Below are positions 17,558 to 27,536 of a stretch of DNA of 64,000 bases, piece by piece. Under the pieces are notes generated by a model that was not told where the DNA came from, did not search any database, and saw only the letters and a program-made list of their open reading frames with translations. Both the position numbers and the translations under genes were made by a program. Numbering within the stretch: position 1 is the first letter of the stretch; every line of letters starts with the position of its first letter. This DNA is from an uncultured delta proteobacterium (lineage in GTDB: Bacteria; Desulfobacterota; Desulfobacteria; Desulfobacterales; JAHEIW01). The stretch is taken from NCBI GenBank assembly GCA_963706575.1, contig CAVPNL010000001.1, positions 224,001 through 288,000 on the forward strand, given 5' to 3'.

Positions 17558-17646
17558 TGTTTCGGCAAATAGGTTAGCGCCTGTGCACAGGAAAAAATGA
17601 CTGGAATAAAATATACCTTACAACCTCTACAGCACCGGGGGTGGAA

Positions 17647-19296
17647 ATGAAACTAGAAGGCGTCACACCTTATAAAAAAGAGGATGCGGCTAAGTACAAC
17701 CGGCTGCGTTGGTGGCCGGGGATCCCGCTGGGCGATTTCCTTGATAAGGCAGCGGACATCTATCCTGATAAAGAGGCGCTTGTTGATGGGAAACAGCGTT
17801 TCACCTATGCTCAACTCAAAAACGAAACCGATAAATTAGCCATCGGTTTCATTGATCTTGGCATTAAACCGCTCGATCGCGTTCTTGTTCAGCTGCCCAA
17901 CTGGTTTGAGTTTATTCACACCTATTTTGCGCTCCAGAAGATCGGCGCGATTCCTATTTTGCTGTTGGCAAAACACCGCCAGAATGAAATAAACCACCTG
18001 CTGCACCTGACCACGGCCAACTCCTGGGTTGTGGCGGAAAGATATCACAAGACGGATTATTTGCCGATCATCGATGATGTCCTGCAGAACAGCACCACCC
18101 TTGAAAATGTCATCCTGGTACGGGCGTCACGGCCCGGCGCTTTTTTAAGTCTGGAAAGCCTCATTCAACAAGTAGAGCTGACGGACGCCAATTTGTCCAC
18201 TCTGGCCGACCGAAGACCGGACCCAATGCAGGTGGCGCACATGGGTCCCACCGGCGGCACGACCGGATTGCCCAAAGCAGCTCCCAGAACTCACAATGAT
18301 TATATGTCCCGGGTGGAATACGCAGCCCGGGCCTGTGAATTCAATAATCATGACATTTGCCTTGTCGCCGCTCCTGCATCTCATGATCTTACCTTCAGCA
18401 TGGCGATCTGCATTACCATTTTCACATTTGGCAAACTTGTCATGTTGGACTCATTTGAACCCCAGGCGATTTGCGAAACCATCGAAAGGGAAAAAGTAAC
18501 TGCCATTGTCTGGGTGCCCACCCTGGCATCCCGCCTGATCCATTTCAATGGTCTCAAAGACTATGACCTGAGCTCATTGAAAAAAATGCATTGCGGCGGA
18601 GGTGTAAGCTCTCCGGAACTGATCAGGGCCATTGATGAAAAACTCGATTGCACTTTTTTTAACGGTTACGGAGGAACCGAGGGCATGAGTCTTCTTACCA
18701 GGCCCTCCTATAGCCTTGAGCGTGTATGCAACTCCGTGGGGCGGCCCACCTGTCCTTACGATAGTTATAAAATTGTGGACGAAAACGGCAATGAACTGCC
18801 CCCTAATACCCCGGGAGAGTTGATTGTCAAAGGTCCCGGTATTTTTTCGGGCTATTACAAAATGCCGCAGGAAAACGAGAGGGTATTCGATAAAAATGGA
18901 TATTTCAGGACCGGCGACCAGGCCATGATCAACGATTCTGGAGATTTTGTTTTAACCGGCAGGCTAAAGGAGATGATCAATCGGGGCGGTGAAAGCATCA
19001 GCGCTACCGATATCGAAAACCTGATGGTGACCCACCCCGGGATCATCACCACGGCGGTTGTGCCGATGCCGGACCCGGAACTGGGAGAAAGGGTCTGTGC
19101 TTACGTGCAGCGCGCGTCCGGGGCAGAACTTGATTTCGAAAAGATTATATCTTTTTTGAAAGAACAGGGCGCTTCGGTTCTTCAATTGCCCGAGAGAATC
19201 GAGTTTATGGATGAGTTGCCTTACACCAAAGCAGAGAAAATAGATAAACAGGCACTGGTCAAAGATATCAAAATGAAAATCAAAGACGAAAAATAA
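17647..19296 (+). CDS. AMP-forming aryl-acid ligase (DhbE/EntE-like), paralog of 13233-14888
   Basis: TGGTTGLPKAAPRTHNDY, YGGTEG, GYFRTGD, GRLKEMINRGGESI, EKIDK. Confidence 0.9.
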   Translation: MKLEGVTPYKKEDAAKYNRLRWWPGIPLGDFLDKAADIYPDKEALVDGKQRFTYAQLKNETDKLAIGFIDLGIKPLDRVLVQLPNWFEFIHTYFALQKIGAIPILLLAKHRQNEINHLLHLTTANSWVVAERYHKTDYLPIIDDVLQNSTTLENVILVRASRPGAFLSLESLIQQVELTDANLSTLADRRPDPMQVAHMGPTGGTTGLPKAAPRTHNDYMSRVEYAARACEFNNHDICLVAAPASHDLTFSMAICITIFTFGKLVMLDSFEPQAICETIEREKVTAIVWVPTLASRLIHFNGLKDYDLSSLKKMHCGGGVSSPELIRAIDEKLDCTFFNGYGGTEGMSLLTRPSYSLERVCNSVGRPTCPYDSYKIVDENGNELPPNTPGELIVKGPGIFSGYYKMPQENERVFDKNGYFRTGDQAMINDSGDFVLTGRLKEMINRGGESISATDIENLMVTHPGIITTAVVPMPDPELGERVCAYVQRASGAELDFEKIISFLKEQGASVLQLPERIEFMDELPYTKAEKIDKQALVKDIKMKIKDEK

Positions 19297-19317
19297 CGTC
19301 CGTTCAAAGGAAACCTG

Positions 19318-19836
19318 GTGACAGATAGGAAAAAACACGAAAGAGAGACGATTCGTCTCACCATAAATGATGTGGTTCAGGAATTTGAAATTGGTGACCA
19401 CGCTTATCAAGTGACACCCTACGAGACGCTGGCACAGACGCTCAGAGAGACGCTGGGTCTGAAGGGGACCAAAACAGGATGCAATCAAGGCGCATGCGGC
19501 TCGTGCACGGTTTTAATGGAGGGAATTCCTGTTTTGTCATGTATGCTGCTGACCATCGAATGCGACGGGAAACAGATCACCACCATCGAAGGTCTTCAAG
19601 ATCAAACAACGGGTAAATTGGATGAGATTCAACAGGCCTTCATCGATCACACCGCCTTTCAATGCGGGTTTTGCACCCCCGGTCTTATTATGGCATCAAA
19701 GGCGTTGCTGAGCAAAAATCCGTCTGCGACCGAAGCAGAGATCAAACAGGCCCTCTCCGGTCACTATTGCCGGTGTATCAGTCACTACCATGTTGTCGAG
19801 GCCCTCATAACGGTTAGCGGGAAAAGCAGAAAATGA
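19318..19836 (+). CDS. Xanthine-dehydrogenase-family 2x[2Fe-2S] subunit
   Basis: GCNQGACGSCTVL..SC, QCGFCTPG, CRC. Confidence 0.95.
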   Translation: MTDRKKHERETIRLTINDVVQEFEIGDHAYQVTPYETLAQTLRETLGLKGTKTGCNQGACGSCTVLMEGIPVLSCMLLTIECDGKQITTIEGLQDQTTGKLDEIQQAFIDHTAFQCGFCTPGLIMASKALLSKNPSATEAEIKQALSGHYCRCISHYHVVEALITVSGKSRK

Positions 19837-22106
19837 CATTCCAAAAAGAATACAGGTATATCGGCAAGGCCATGCCCCGCAAAGACGCTGTCGGAATCGT
19901 TACCGGGAAAGCGCAGTACATTGATGATGTGGAACTCCCCAGAATGCTCCATGGAAAGGTGCTGAGGAGCCCATACCCGCATGCGCTGATCAAAAATATC
20001 GACACCACCGACGCTGAAAAATCGCGCGGCGTAAAGGCCGTTTTGACGTATAAAAATGTGCCTCGCTGGATGACCGGAACACCGCGACATGTCCGGGTCC
20101 TGGATGAAAAGGTGCGCTATGTGGGGGATGCGGTGGCGCTGGTTGCGGCGGAGACCGAAGCCATGGCCCGGGATGCTTTGGCGCTCATAGAAGTGAGCTA
20201 CGAGCAGCTGCCTGCCGTATATGACGTTGAGGACGCCTTAAAACCGGATGCGCCCCAGTTATATGATGATTTTCCGGGCAACCTTCTTCCGCTGGATGTC
20301 CCTGTCTTCGGGCCCAAAACCCTGTCGGCAATAGAACTTGGAGATATTGAGAAAGGCTTTGCGGATTCCGATTTTATTAGTGAGGGGACTTTTTCCTATG
20401 AAAATATCCCCAATCCGCTCCCGATTGAATCACCCGGTGTGATTGCCGAATGGAGCGAACCCAATCATCTGACGGTCTGGTCCGCTACCCAGTGCGCATA
20501 CTGGCACCGTCATATGATGATGCCCAGGATGGGGTTCCCTGATATCAGGACCATCGGCACCCACTGCGGCGGCAGTTTTGGATCCAAAAATTACTCCGCC
20601 CAGCCGATGCTGTATGCAGCGGCCTTAGCCCGGGCCGCCGGCAGACCGGTAAAAGTATGCTTCAGCAAGGAAGAGCATTTCGGCGCGTTCGTTTTGCGGC
20701 TGGGCTCAAGATTTCGGGGCAAGGTGGGCCTAAAAAAAGACGGCAGCGTGAAAGCCGTCTCCGGCGAATGGCTGGTGGACACGGGCGCATTTTCAGACCA
20801 GGCCCAGGCCCAGGTTGCCGTCGGATTGGGTGAGGCCCAGCTGATGCTGCGGTGTTCCAACTGGGATCTGAAGACGAAGCTGGTTTGCACCAATAGATGT
20901 GCTTCGGGAATGGTCAGAGGGTTTGGTGGACAGGAGCTGCAGAGCGCGCTGCTTCCCGTTTTTGAGGACGCCATGGCCCAGGGGGACATCGATCCGGTCG
21001 AATTTTTCAAAAAGAACTTTGTCAAGCCCGGTGAGGGATATTACTGGCGCGACGGAAATTGGTGGGTTTCAAAGGGCAAAGATTATTCGGCGGCCATAGA
21101 GAGCGGGGCGCGAGCGTTTGGCTGGGCGGAGAAGTGGAAAGGCTGGCTCAAACCCTCGGCTGTCAACAACAGCAAACGGATTGGTGTGGGCGTGAGTGTG
21201 CATGGTAACGCCGATGTGGGCGAAAGTGTTTCTGAAGCTTACGTGCGGTTGAATCCAGACTCCACCGTTACCATACACGCCTGCGTTGCCGAGTCAGGGA
21301 TGGGGCAAAGAAGCAGTCTCTGCAAAATGGTAGCCGAAACGCTAAAGCTTCCCCTTGAACGGGTGAATATGACGCCCCCCGACAGCCTGATCAACCCCTT
21401 TGATTTTGGGCTGGTGGGTTCACGGGGGACCTATGCGCTGGGATCAGCGGTTATTTCAGCCGCCGAAGACGCCAAAGAAAAGCTTTTTAAAATGGCAGAG
21501 GACAAGCTGGAAGCAGCGCCGAGTGATCTGGATAGCAAAGATGGAATGGTTTTTGTCAAAGGAAGCCCGGATAAAGGGATACCCTGGAGAAAGGCTATCG
21601 GGATAATGCAAACCTGCACCGGATTCGGACGCTTCCAGCCCGACTACTGCATGCCAAACTTTCTGGCACTGTTTGCAGAAGTAGAAGTGGATACGGAAAC
21701 AGGGAAATTGGATTTGCTGAGAGTGGTTACCGCAACGGATGTCGGCCAGATCATTGATCCGCCATCCCTTGAGGGCCAGATGCATGGGGCTCTTGGTGCT
21801 GCCGGGATCGACACCGCCATTTTCGAAGAATCGCTCATAGATAAAAACAGCGGACATATGCTGAACCTGAATATGATGGATTATAAATGGCGTTCTTTTC
21901 TTGAACTGCCCCGATTTGAAAACAAGATCTTAGAGACCTCCATCCAGACGCATCGGTACAAGGCAATCGGTGTCGGAGAGATTTCCACTTCGCCCGGGCC
22001 GGGCGCGGTGTTAATGGCAGCTTCCAATGCCATGGGTAAAAGATTAACAGGGTATCCGCTGACACCTGATAAAATCCTCAAGGCTCTGGGAAAAATCAAT
22101 CCCTGA
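19833..22106 (+). CDS. Xanthine-dehydrogenase-family molybdopterin-binding subunit
   Basis: LRSPYPHA, VRYVGD, WSATQ, GGSFGSK, VRGFG, GMGQ, EVEVDTETG, GVGE. Confidence 0.95.
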   Translation: MTFQKEYRYIGKAMPRKDAVGIVTGKAQYIDDVELPRMLHGKVLRSPYPHALIKNIDTTDAEKSRGVKAVLTYKNVPRWMTGTPRHVRVLDEKVRYVGDAVALVAAETEAMARDALALIEVSYEQLPAVYDVEDALKPDAPQLYDDFPGNLLPLDVPVFGPKTLSAIELGDIEKGFADSDFISEGTFSYENIPNPLPIESPGVIAEWSEPNHLTVWSATQCAYWHRHMMMPRMGFPDIRTIGTHCGGSFGSKNYSAQPMLYAAALARAAGRPVKVCFSKEEHFGAFVLRLGSRFRGKVGLKKDGSVKAVSGEWLVDTGAFSDQAQAQVAVGLGEAQLMLRCSNWDLKTKLVCTNRCASGMVRGFGGQELQSALLPVFEDAMAQGDIDPVEFFKKNFVKPGEGYYWRDGNWWVSKGKDYSAAIESGARAFGWAEKWKGWLKPSAVNNSKRIGVGVSVHGNADVGESVSEAYVRLNPDSTVTIHACVAESGMGQRSSLCKMVAETLKLPLERVNMTPPDSLINPFDFGLVGSRGTYALGSAVISAAEDAKEKLFKMAEDKLEAAPSDLDSKDGMVFVKGSPDKGIPWRKAIGIMQTCTGFGRFQPDYCMPNFLALFAEVEVDTETGKLDLLRVVTATDVGQIIDPPSLEGQMHGALGAAGIDTAIFEESLIDKNSGHMLNLNMMDYKWRSFLELPRFENKILETSIQTHRYKAIGVGEISTSPGPGAVLMAASNAMGKRLTGYPLTPDKILKALGKINP

Positions 22107-22141
22107 CTTGTGCAAGATGCAAGTAGATAGGAGATAGTAAA

Positions 22142-23140
22142 GTGAAGGCATTCAAGCACTTTAATGCCACCTCGGTCGATGACGCCATTTCGCTGATGCG
22201 CTCATCTAAAGGCAATACCAACCTGATTGCCGGTGGCACAGATTTGTTGGGCGTACTCAAAGATGAAATCCTGCCGGACTATCCTGAAGCCCTTATCAAC
22301 ATCAAAACCATTCCCGGGTTGGATGATGTTAAGCAAAACAAGAAAGGGCTGAAAATAGGCGCCCTGACCAAATTGGCCGATATAATTGCACATCCGTTGG
22401 TTAGAAAGAACTACCCCATTTTGTCCAAAGCAGCAGAAGCCGTGGCCACACCTGAAATTCGCAACATGGCCACCCTGGGGGGCAACCTGTGCCAGGGCAC
22501 GAGGTGCTGGTATTATCGATACCCGCATCACATGGGCGGGAGAATCATTTGCTATCGCAAAGAAAAAGCGCCCTGTCAGGCTGTCAAAGGCGATAACCGT
22601 TATCATGCCATTATGGGTGCAAAGGTGTGTTTCGCCGTTTGTCCCTCAGACACCGCCATAGCGCTCACGGCCCTGGGAGCCAAACTCGAAATCAAAGGTC
22701 CCCAAAAGGCTCGAAAAGTATCCGTCGATGAATTTTTCACCATACGCGGCAATATCCTCGAACCCGATGAGCTCTTAACGCAGATTGAGATACCCAGGCC
22801 TGCACCGGAGGCACGACAGGAATTTATCAAATATACATTAAGAAAGCCCGTTGATTTTGCCGTTGCCAGTGTCGCCGCGGTCGTTAAGATGCAGGATGGA
22901 ATTTGCCAAGATGCGCGCATCGTACTCGGAGCCGTCGCTCCGACACCGGTTAGGGCCGTTGATTCAGAAAAACTCCTGAAAGGCAAGGTTGCCAGTGAAA
23001 AGGGGATTGCCGAGGCCGCCGAGGCAGCGGTTAAGGATGCGAAGCCGATGCGGATGAATGCGTATAAGGTGGAAATAACCAAGACATTGGTAAAAAGAGC
23101 TATTTCGCAGTGCGTCAGCGTAAAAGTGGATCTCCGCTAA
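22142..23140 (+). CDS. Xanthine-dehydrogenase-family FAD subunit with [4Fe-4S] insert (PaoB/YagS-like)
   Basis: IAGGTDLL, IRNMATLGGNLCQGTRCWYYR..C..C..C, LGAVAPTP, NAYKV. Confidence 0.95.
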   Translation: MKAFKHFNATSVDDAISLMRSSKGNTNLIAGGTDLLGVLKDEILPDYPEALINIKTIPGLDDVKQNKKGLKIGALTKLADIIAHPLVRKNYPILSKAAEAVATPEIRNMATLGGNLCQGTRCWYYRYPHHMGGRIICYRKEKAPCQAVKGDNRYHAIMGAKVCFAVCPSDTAIALTALGAKLEIKGPQKARKVSVDEFFTIRGNILEPDELLTQIEIPRPAPEARQEFIKYTLRKPVDFAVASVAAVVKMQDGICQDARIVLGAVAPTPVRAVDSEKLLKGKVASEKGIAEAAEAAVKDAKPMRMNAYKVEITKTLVKRAISQCVSVKVDLR

Positions 23141-23163
23141 GTGTAATGTTCCACAAATGTATG

Positions 23164-23354
23164 GTTTCAAGGTTCATAGGTTCATAGGTTCCGGGTTCAG
23201 GGGTTCAAGGGTTCTCGTTTCAGAGGTCAGAAGTCAGAATACAGAAAACAGAAAGCGGGGGTTTATTTCATGTCATAGTCGCTGGTCTCTATCGTCTGTC
23301 GCCTGACCTCTGATATTTGCCTTCTGTCATCTGGCCTCTGTCATCTGACCTCTG
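23164..23354. repeat. Composite short-period repeats between convergent genes
   Basis: About 6 GGTTCANN octamers; CAGANNN heptamers at 23221-23253 with complementary units at 23288-23354, running into the MFS 3' end. Confidence 0.75.
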
Positions 23355-24637
23355 TATTTTCGGGGAGCGGCAAACCAGCAAAAAAGGCAAGAAAGTAAAG
23401 AGGTGACAATTACAAGGATAAAAGCCAATTGATAGCTCTGGGTTTTATCAAATATAAATCCCGCGATCCAGGCACCAAAAGCACCGGCGATTCCGATGCC
23501 GGCTTCCAAAAATCCAAAGATCAGGCCAAATATTCTTCCTTTAAATAAATCCGCAGCTATAGCCATAAACATCGGGGCAGTGACACCCCAGCCCATTCCG
23601 AAAAAGATAGCATAACTGTAGATAAGGATTCTCGACCCCATTATTTCGAATAAAAGCAGAGAACCTGCTCCCAGGCAGGCGCAGATAATTCCCAATGTAT
23701 ACGTTAATTCGCGACTGATATGGTCGGAGAGCCAGCCCCAGAAAATTCTAAAAATGGATGAAAGAATCCCAACGAGCGCAAAGATAAAGGCCGCTGTCAT
23801 TTTAGTGACTCCCTGATCGACAAGAAATCCTACGTTGTGGACAAGGATGATAAAAAATCCGATGAATCCTAAGAATGGAAAAATGATCAACGCCCAAAAC
23901 CGCATGGTATTCATGGCTGTTCTGAGGGTCCAGTCACTACTTTTATGAGCTGATGATTTTTTATGGGGATGAGGATTCTTATGTATTTCCCCTGGATTCC
24001 TTCCGTCAGGATGTTGCCCCAATTCTTCAGGCTTATGTCGCAAGAAGATTGCGTTGGCCGGAACTAAAAAGACAAGAACCAGACCGCCGGTGATCGCAAA
24101 AGTTAAGCGCCAACCCCACCAATTAATAAATTGCTGGGACATTGGAACCAGCAAAAAGGTGCCAAGGCCCATGCCCGACACTGCAATCCCGCTTGCCAAG
24201 CCGCGCTTCTTTTCAAACCAGTGGGCTAAAATAGCGGAGTAGCTGACAATGCCGATGCAGGTGATGCCGGCTCCCATGACCACGCCGTAAAGGAGGTAAA
24301 ATTGAGTGAGGGTTTCGATATAGCTACAGACAATCAATCCGAATGCCAGAACCAGAATTCCCGGAACGATGACGCGGCGGGGGCCAAAGCGGTCAATTAA
24401 ACCGCCCACCAGAGGTGCCATTAGCGTATAAATGATAAGGGCTACAGATTGAACGCCGGCGGAATCTGAGCGATTCCATGGGAATTCTTCCAGCAAGGTG
24501 ACATAAAAAACTGAAAAACTTGACCGTATGCCAAACCAGAAGGTCATCGAGATCAGCGCCACTGCAACGATAACCCAGCCGTAGTAGAAGTCCGAGGAAC
24601 AAACACTTCTTCGGGGACTCGCTGAATTGTTCAGCAT
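23327..24637 (-). CDS. MFS transporter, OFA/MCT-like
   Basis: YYGWVIV, GGLIDRFGPR, HWFEKKRGLASG, WGWLSD, GFIFDKTQSY; about 12 hydrophobic segments. Confidence 0.95.
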   Translation of the reverse strand: MLNNSASPRRSVCSSDFYYGWVIVAVALISMTFWFGIRSSFSVFYVTLLEEFPWNRSDSAGVQSVALIIYTLMAPLVGGLIDRFGPRRVIVPGILVLAFGLIVCSYIETLTQFYLLYGVVMGAGITCIGIVSYSAILAHWFEKKRGLASGIAVSGMGLGTFLLVPMSQQFINWWGWRLTFAITGGLVLVFLVPANAIFLRHKPEELGQHPDGRNPGEIHKNPHPHKKSSAHKSSDWTLRTAMNTMRFWALIIFPFLGFIGFFIILVHNVGFLVDQGVTKMTAAFIFALVGILSSIFRIFWGWLSDHISRELTYTLGIICACLGAGSLLLFEIMGSRILIYSYAIFFGMGWGVTAPMFMAIAADLFKGRIFGLIFGFLEAGIGIAGAFGAWIAGFIFDKTQSYQLAFILVIVTSLLSCLFCWFAAPRKYRGQMTEAR

Positions 24638-25158
24638 TTAACAGTTTTCCACTGGTTACTTTCGTCAATTAGGCGGCACTCATCAGTCCAGTCACATACA
24701 TTACCGATTTTTTCGGGACTTTCAAAAATGGCGCATTTGAGCAGGCACTCGGATTTTTTGTCATCCACTTCAATGGCGGCTACATAGGTTGTTTCGAAAT
24801 TTAGCTTCTCTATGATTTGATCCAGGATCATGTTGATGATCGGGCAATTGTAAATTTTGATGCCTCGTTTTCTCAGCGCTAACTCTTTTGGAATATGGAT
24901 GCAACTGTCAACTTTGGCGTAAAGCAAAATATCCTGTCCGCCAATGGAATAGGATATATCTTTGGCCAGGCCGGCGGTGATGATTTCCCGAATGCAGTTC
25001 TCAATAATCTCGGCGGGGGTTGTGCCCTGAATATCTCTTGATTGGATAAAATCGACACCGATAAATTCCGTCTTCCAGCAGGCGCAGTCCGACAGCTCGT
25101 GGTAAAAAAGCTCCTCCAGTCTGGCCATCATATCATTGAAGTATTCGGTTCTGTCCAT
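24631..25158 (-). CDS. Hypothetical Cys-rich protein
   Basis: 175 aa, abuts the nitroreductase stop and overlaps the MFS start; contains CIH, NCPI and EC motifs. Confidence 0.75.
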   Translation of the reverse strand: MDRTEYFNDMMARLEELFYHELSDCACWKTEFIGVDFIQSRDIQGTTPAEIIENCIREIITAGLAKDISYSIGGQDILLYAKVDSCIHIPKELALRKRGIKIYNCPIINMILDQIIEKLNFETTYVAAIEVDDKKSECLLKCAIFESPEKIGNVCDWTDECRLIDESNQWKTVKC

Positions 25159-25821
25159 CTAAGGTCTCTCCTTATTGCCAAATTTTTCCCAGTAAACCAG
25201 ATCTTCCAATGGCAGCTTGGGCCTGGGATGTTTGCGTTCTTCGGCCGGAAAACCGACGGCGACATAGCAAATGACTTTGTACTCGTTCATACCCGTCGGA
25301 ATGCCCAGGATTTCTTTGAATTTAATGGCGTCGCGGGAAGTTGCCACCGGCCCGTGCACCCAGCAAGCGCCTAAGCCCAGAGAATGGGCTTCCAGAAGTA
25401 TGTTTTCGGTGGCGGCAGACAAATCATATGGGACATCCACGGACCCGATCTGCAAGTCACCGATAACGGCGATGACCACCGGTGCGTGTTTGGCAAACTC
25501 GGAGACTTCCCCGGAGTACATGAACTCCAGGACCCTGGCGCGTTTAGCGGGGTCCTGAATTTTCTCAAACCGCTTCTGCATTTCACCCATGCAGTACCAG
25601 GCTGTCATACGGGAGCCGCTACCGATCTTGGCCAGATCTCCGATCTTATTTTTTGTCTCCTGATCCCTGATGACAATAAATCGCCAGGGCTGATAGTTTT
25701 CGCCGGTGGGTGCCCACCTCGCCGCCTCAAGTATTTTATCGATCATCTCATCGGGTACCGGATCGGGCTCGTATCGGCGGATGCTTTTTCTGCTGATTAA
25801 GACGTCTAAGATGTCTTGCAT
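25159..25821 (-). CDS. Nitroreductase-family flavoprotein
   Basis: RKSIRRY, ILEAARWAPTGENYQPWRFIV, ENILLEAHSLGLGACW. Confidence 0.95.
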   Translation of the reverse strand: MQDILDVLISRKSIRRYEPDPVPDEMIDKILEAARWAPTGENYQPWRFIVIRDQETKNKIGDLAKIGSGSRMTAWYCMGEMQKRFEKIQDPAKRARVLEFMYSGEVSEFAKHAPVVIAVIGDLQIGSVDVPYDLSAATENILLEAHSLGLGACWVHGPVATSRDAIKFKEILGIPTGMNEYKVICYVAVGFPAEERKHPRPKLPLEDLVYWEKFGNKERP

Positions 25822-25959
25822 GGTTAATCTCCTGTGTGATGCCGAGTAATTTAAATAATTGAATCTATTCCTGCTTATCGGCTTACCCTTGATTTGTAAA
25901 AGGCATATCGCGCGGGGCAGAGGGCATAGAGTAAATAAAACTGGAACGCTTAATTAGGA

Positions 25960-26889
25960 TTAAAGCTTTAGCAATTTGCGTGCGGCTTCCCCCAAAATTA
26001 AATTGATCTCCCGGTCGCTGAATTCCAAATCCGTTTCGCGTTTCTTGAATGCCTGGACCCATTCTTTCAGAGGGCACATCAGATTGGGATAGGGAGCATC
26101 AGTAGCAAACAGGATTTTTTCGGGGCCGGCAATGTCAATGATATCCCGCAGCCATTGATAAAAGCGCTTTTTCGGCAGTTTTTTATAGGGTTTCTGCCAT
26201 AGTGACAGATCAACATAGACATTTTTAAGCCATGCTGCTGCCTGGATGGCTTCCTGCCACCAGCCCACATCGCCACAGTGGGCAAAAATAAAATCGACTT
26301 CCGGATAGCGGGCGGCAGCCGATGCAAAATAAACCGGACGTGAATTCTCCCAACGCAGGGCAACCGAAGGGGCCCCGCCGGTGTGCACCATTACCGGAAT
26401 ATTCCATTCGGCTGCTTTCTCATAGATCCAATAGCAGGCTGGATCATCCGCCATATAGCCAACGCCGGCATGGAGTTTGAAACCTTTCATGCCCCATTCA
26501 TGATACGCCTGCTCACAATGTTGCACAGCTCCCTTGCGTCGCGGATCAATAGCCATAAAAGGGATTAAGCGGTCTTTATGCCGCTTGGCGGCATCCGCAT
26601 AGAGCTTGTTCTGATCAAATATATGGATGGGAGGCTCGCCGAAAAGGAGTCCGTAATCCACACCGAAGATAATTGTTTTATCCACACCGGCGGCGTCCAT
26701 TTCCTCGATAATGTTGTCGGCCTGCGGATCTATGAGAGGTCTGACGACGTCTTGGGTAAAATCGCGATCGCTGATTTCAACATTGTGGGTTTTACGGTAC
26801 ATCATTGCGAAACTTTTCTGGGCCCCTCGAATGTAATCGCCCTGAACCGTCCCGGCGGCTACTAGATGTCGGTGTACATCGATAATCAT
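25960..26889 (-). CDS. Amidohydrolase_2-family metallo-hydrolase/decarboxylase
   Basis: IIDVHRH, GFKLH, PVMVHTG, FAHCG, NVYVDLS, ILFATDAP. Confidence 0.9.
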   Translation of the reverse strand: MIIDVHRHLVAAGTVQGDYIRGAQKSFAMMYRKTHNVEISDRDFTQDVVRPLIDPQADNIIEEMDAAGVDKTIIFGVDYGLLFGEPPIHIFDQNKLYADAAKRHKDRLIPFMAIDPRRKGAVQHCEQAYHEWGMKGFKLHAGVGYMADDPACYWIYEKAAEWNIPVMVHTGGAPSVALRWENSRPVYFASAAARYPEVDFIFAHCGDVGWWQEAIQAAAWLKNVYVDLSLWQKPYKKLPKKRFYQWLRDIIDIAGPEKILFATDAPYPNLMCPLKEWVQAFKKRETDLEFSDREINLILGEAARKLLKL

Positions 26890-27038
26890 ACGCTTTTCTC
26901 CTTACTGTTAGTGCCTTTACCGCCCTTTATCCAAGGGGGTAGTATAGCTGTTATTCGCTAAATTTTTTCTTAACGTTCTCCGCGAGCTCTGCGGTGAATT
27001 AAATCTTTTCACTTCAAAGCCCAGACGATTGCCTCCTC

Positions 27039-27437
27039 TCAGGTATTCAATTTTTCCTTGATGTAGGTCGCAATTTCGGCCGGCGGGGTTCCCGGTAAAA
27101 ACACTTCCTGCACGCCCATTTTTTTAAGCTGCGGGATTTGATGTTTTAATATAATGCCACCGGCAATTACCATTATGTTTTCCAAACCCTTTTCGCTGAG
27201 TGTCTGCAGAACCTTTGGAACCAGAACCATGTGGTCACCGGCCAGAAAACTCAGTCCCACAACATCAACGTCTTCCTGCACCGCGGCCGTGGCAATGTGT
27301 TCAGCAGTTTGACGAAGACCGGTGTAAACGACCTCCATACCGGCATCCATCAAGGACCGCGCTACAATTTTAGCCCCGCGATCATGGCCGTCAAGACCGA
27401 TCTTGGCTATCAAGACTCTTATTTTGGAGTTTTCCAT
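27039..27437 (-). CDS. B12-binding small subunit of a split acyl-CoA mutase
   Basis: KIGLDGHDRGAK (DxHxxG), MEVVYTGLRQT, DVVGLS, GGII, FLPGT; AGGAGA RBS. Confidence 0.95.
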   Translation of the reverse strand: MENSKIRVLIAKIGLDGHDRGAKIVARSLMDAGMEVVYTGLRQTAEHIATAAVQEDVDVVGLSFLAGDHMVLVPKVLQTLSEKGLENIMVIAGGIILKHQIPQLKKMGVQEVFLPGTPPAEIATYIKEKLNT

Positions 27438-27536
27438 ATTCTTCTCCTGATGGATGATACCTTTTCGATAAAAACTATTGTTTTGAAGCATGCTTGATAG
27501 ATGGTTTTTCCCATTACGCCACCTTTTCAAGCGCCA

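Noticed and set aside
13233..19296. Siderophore/NRPS cluster suggested by EntE-like ligases
   Set aside because: No carrier protein, condensation domain, isochorismate genes or TonB receptor in the window.
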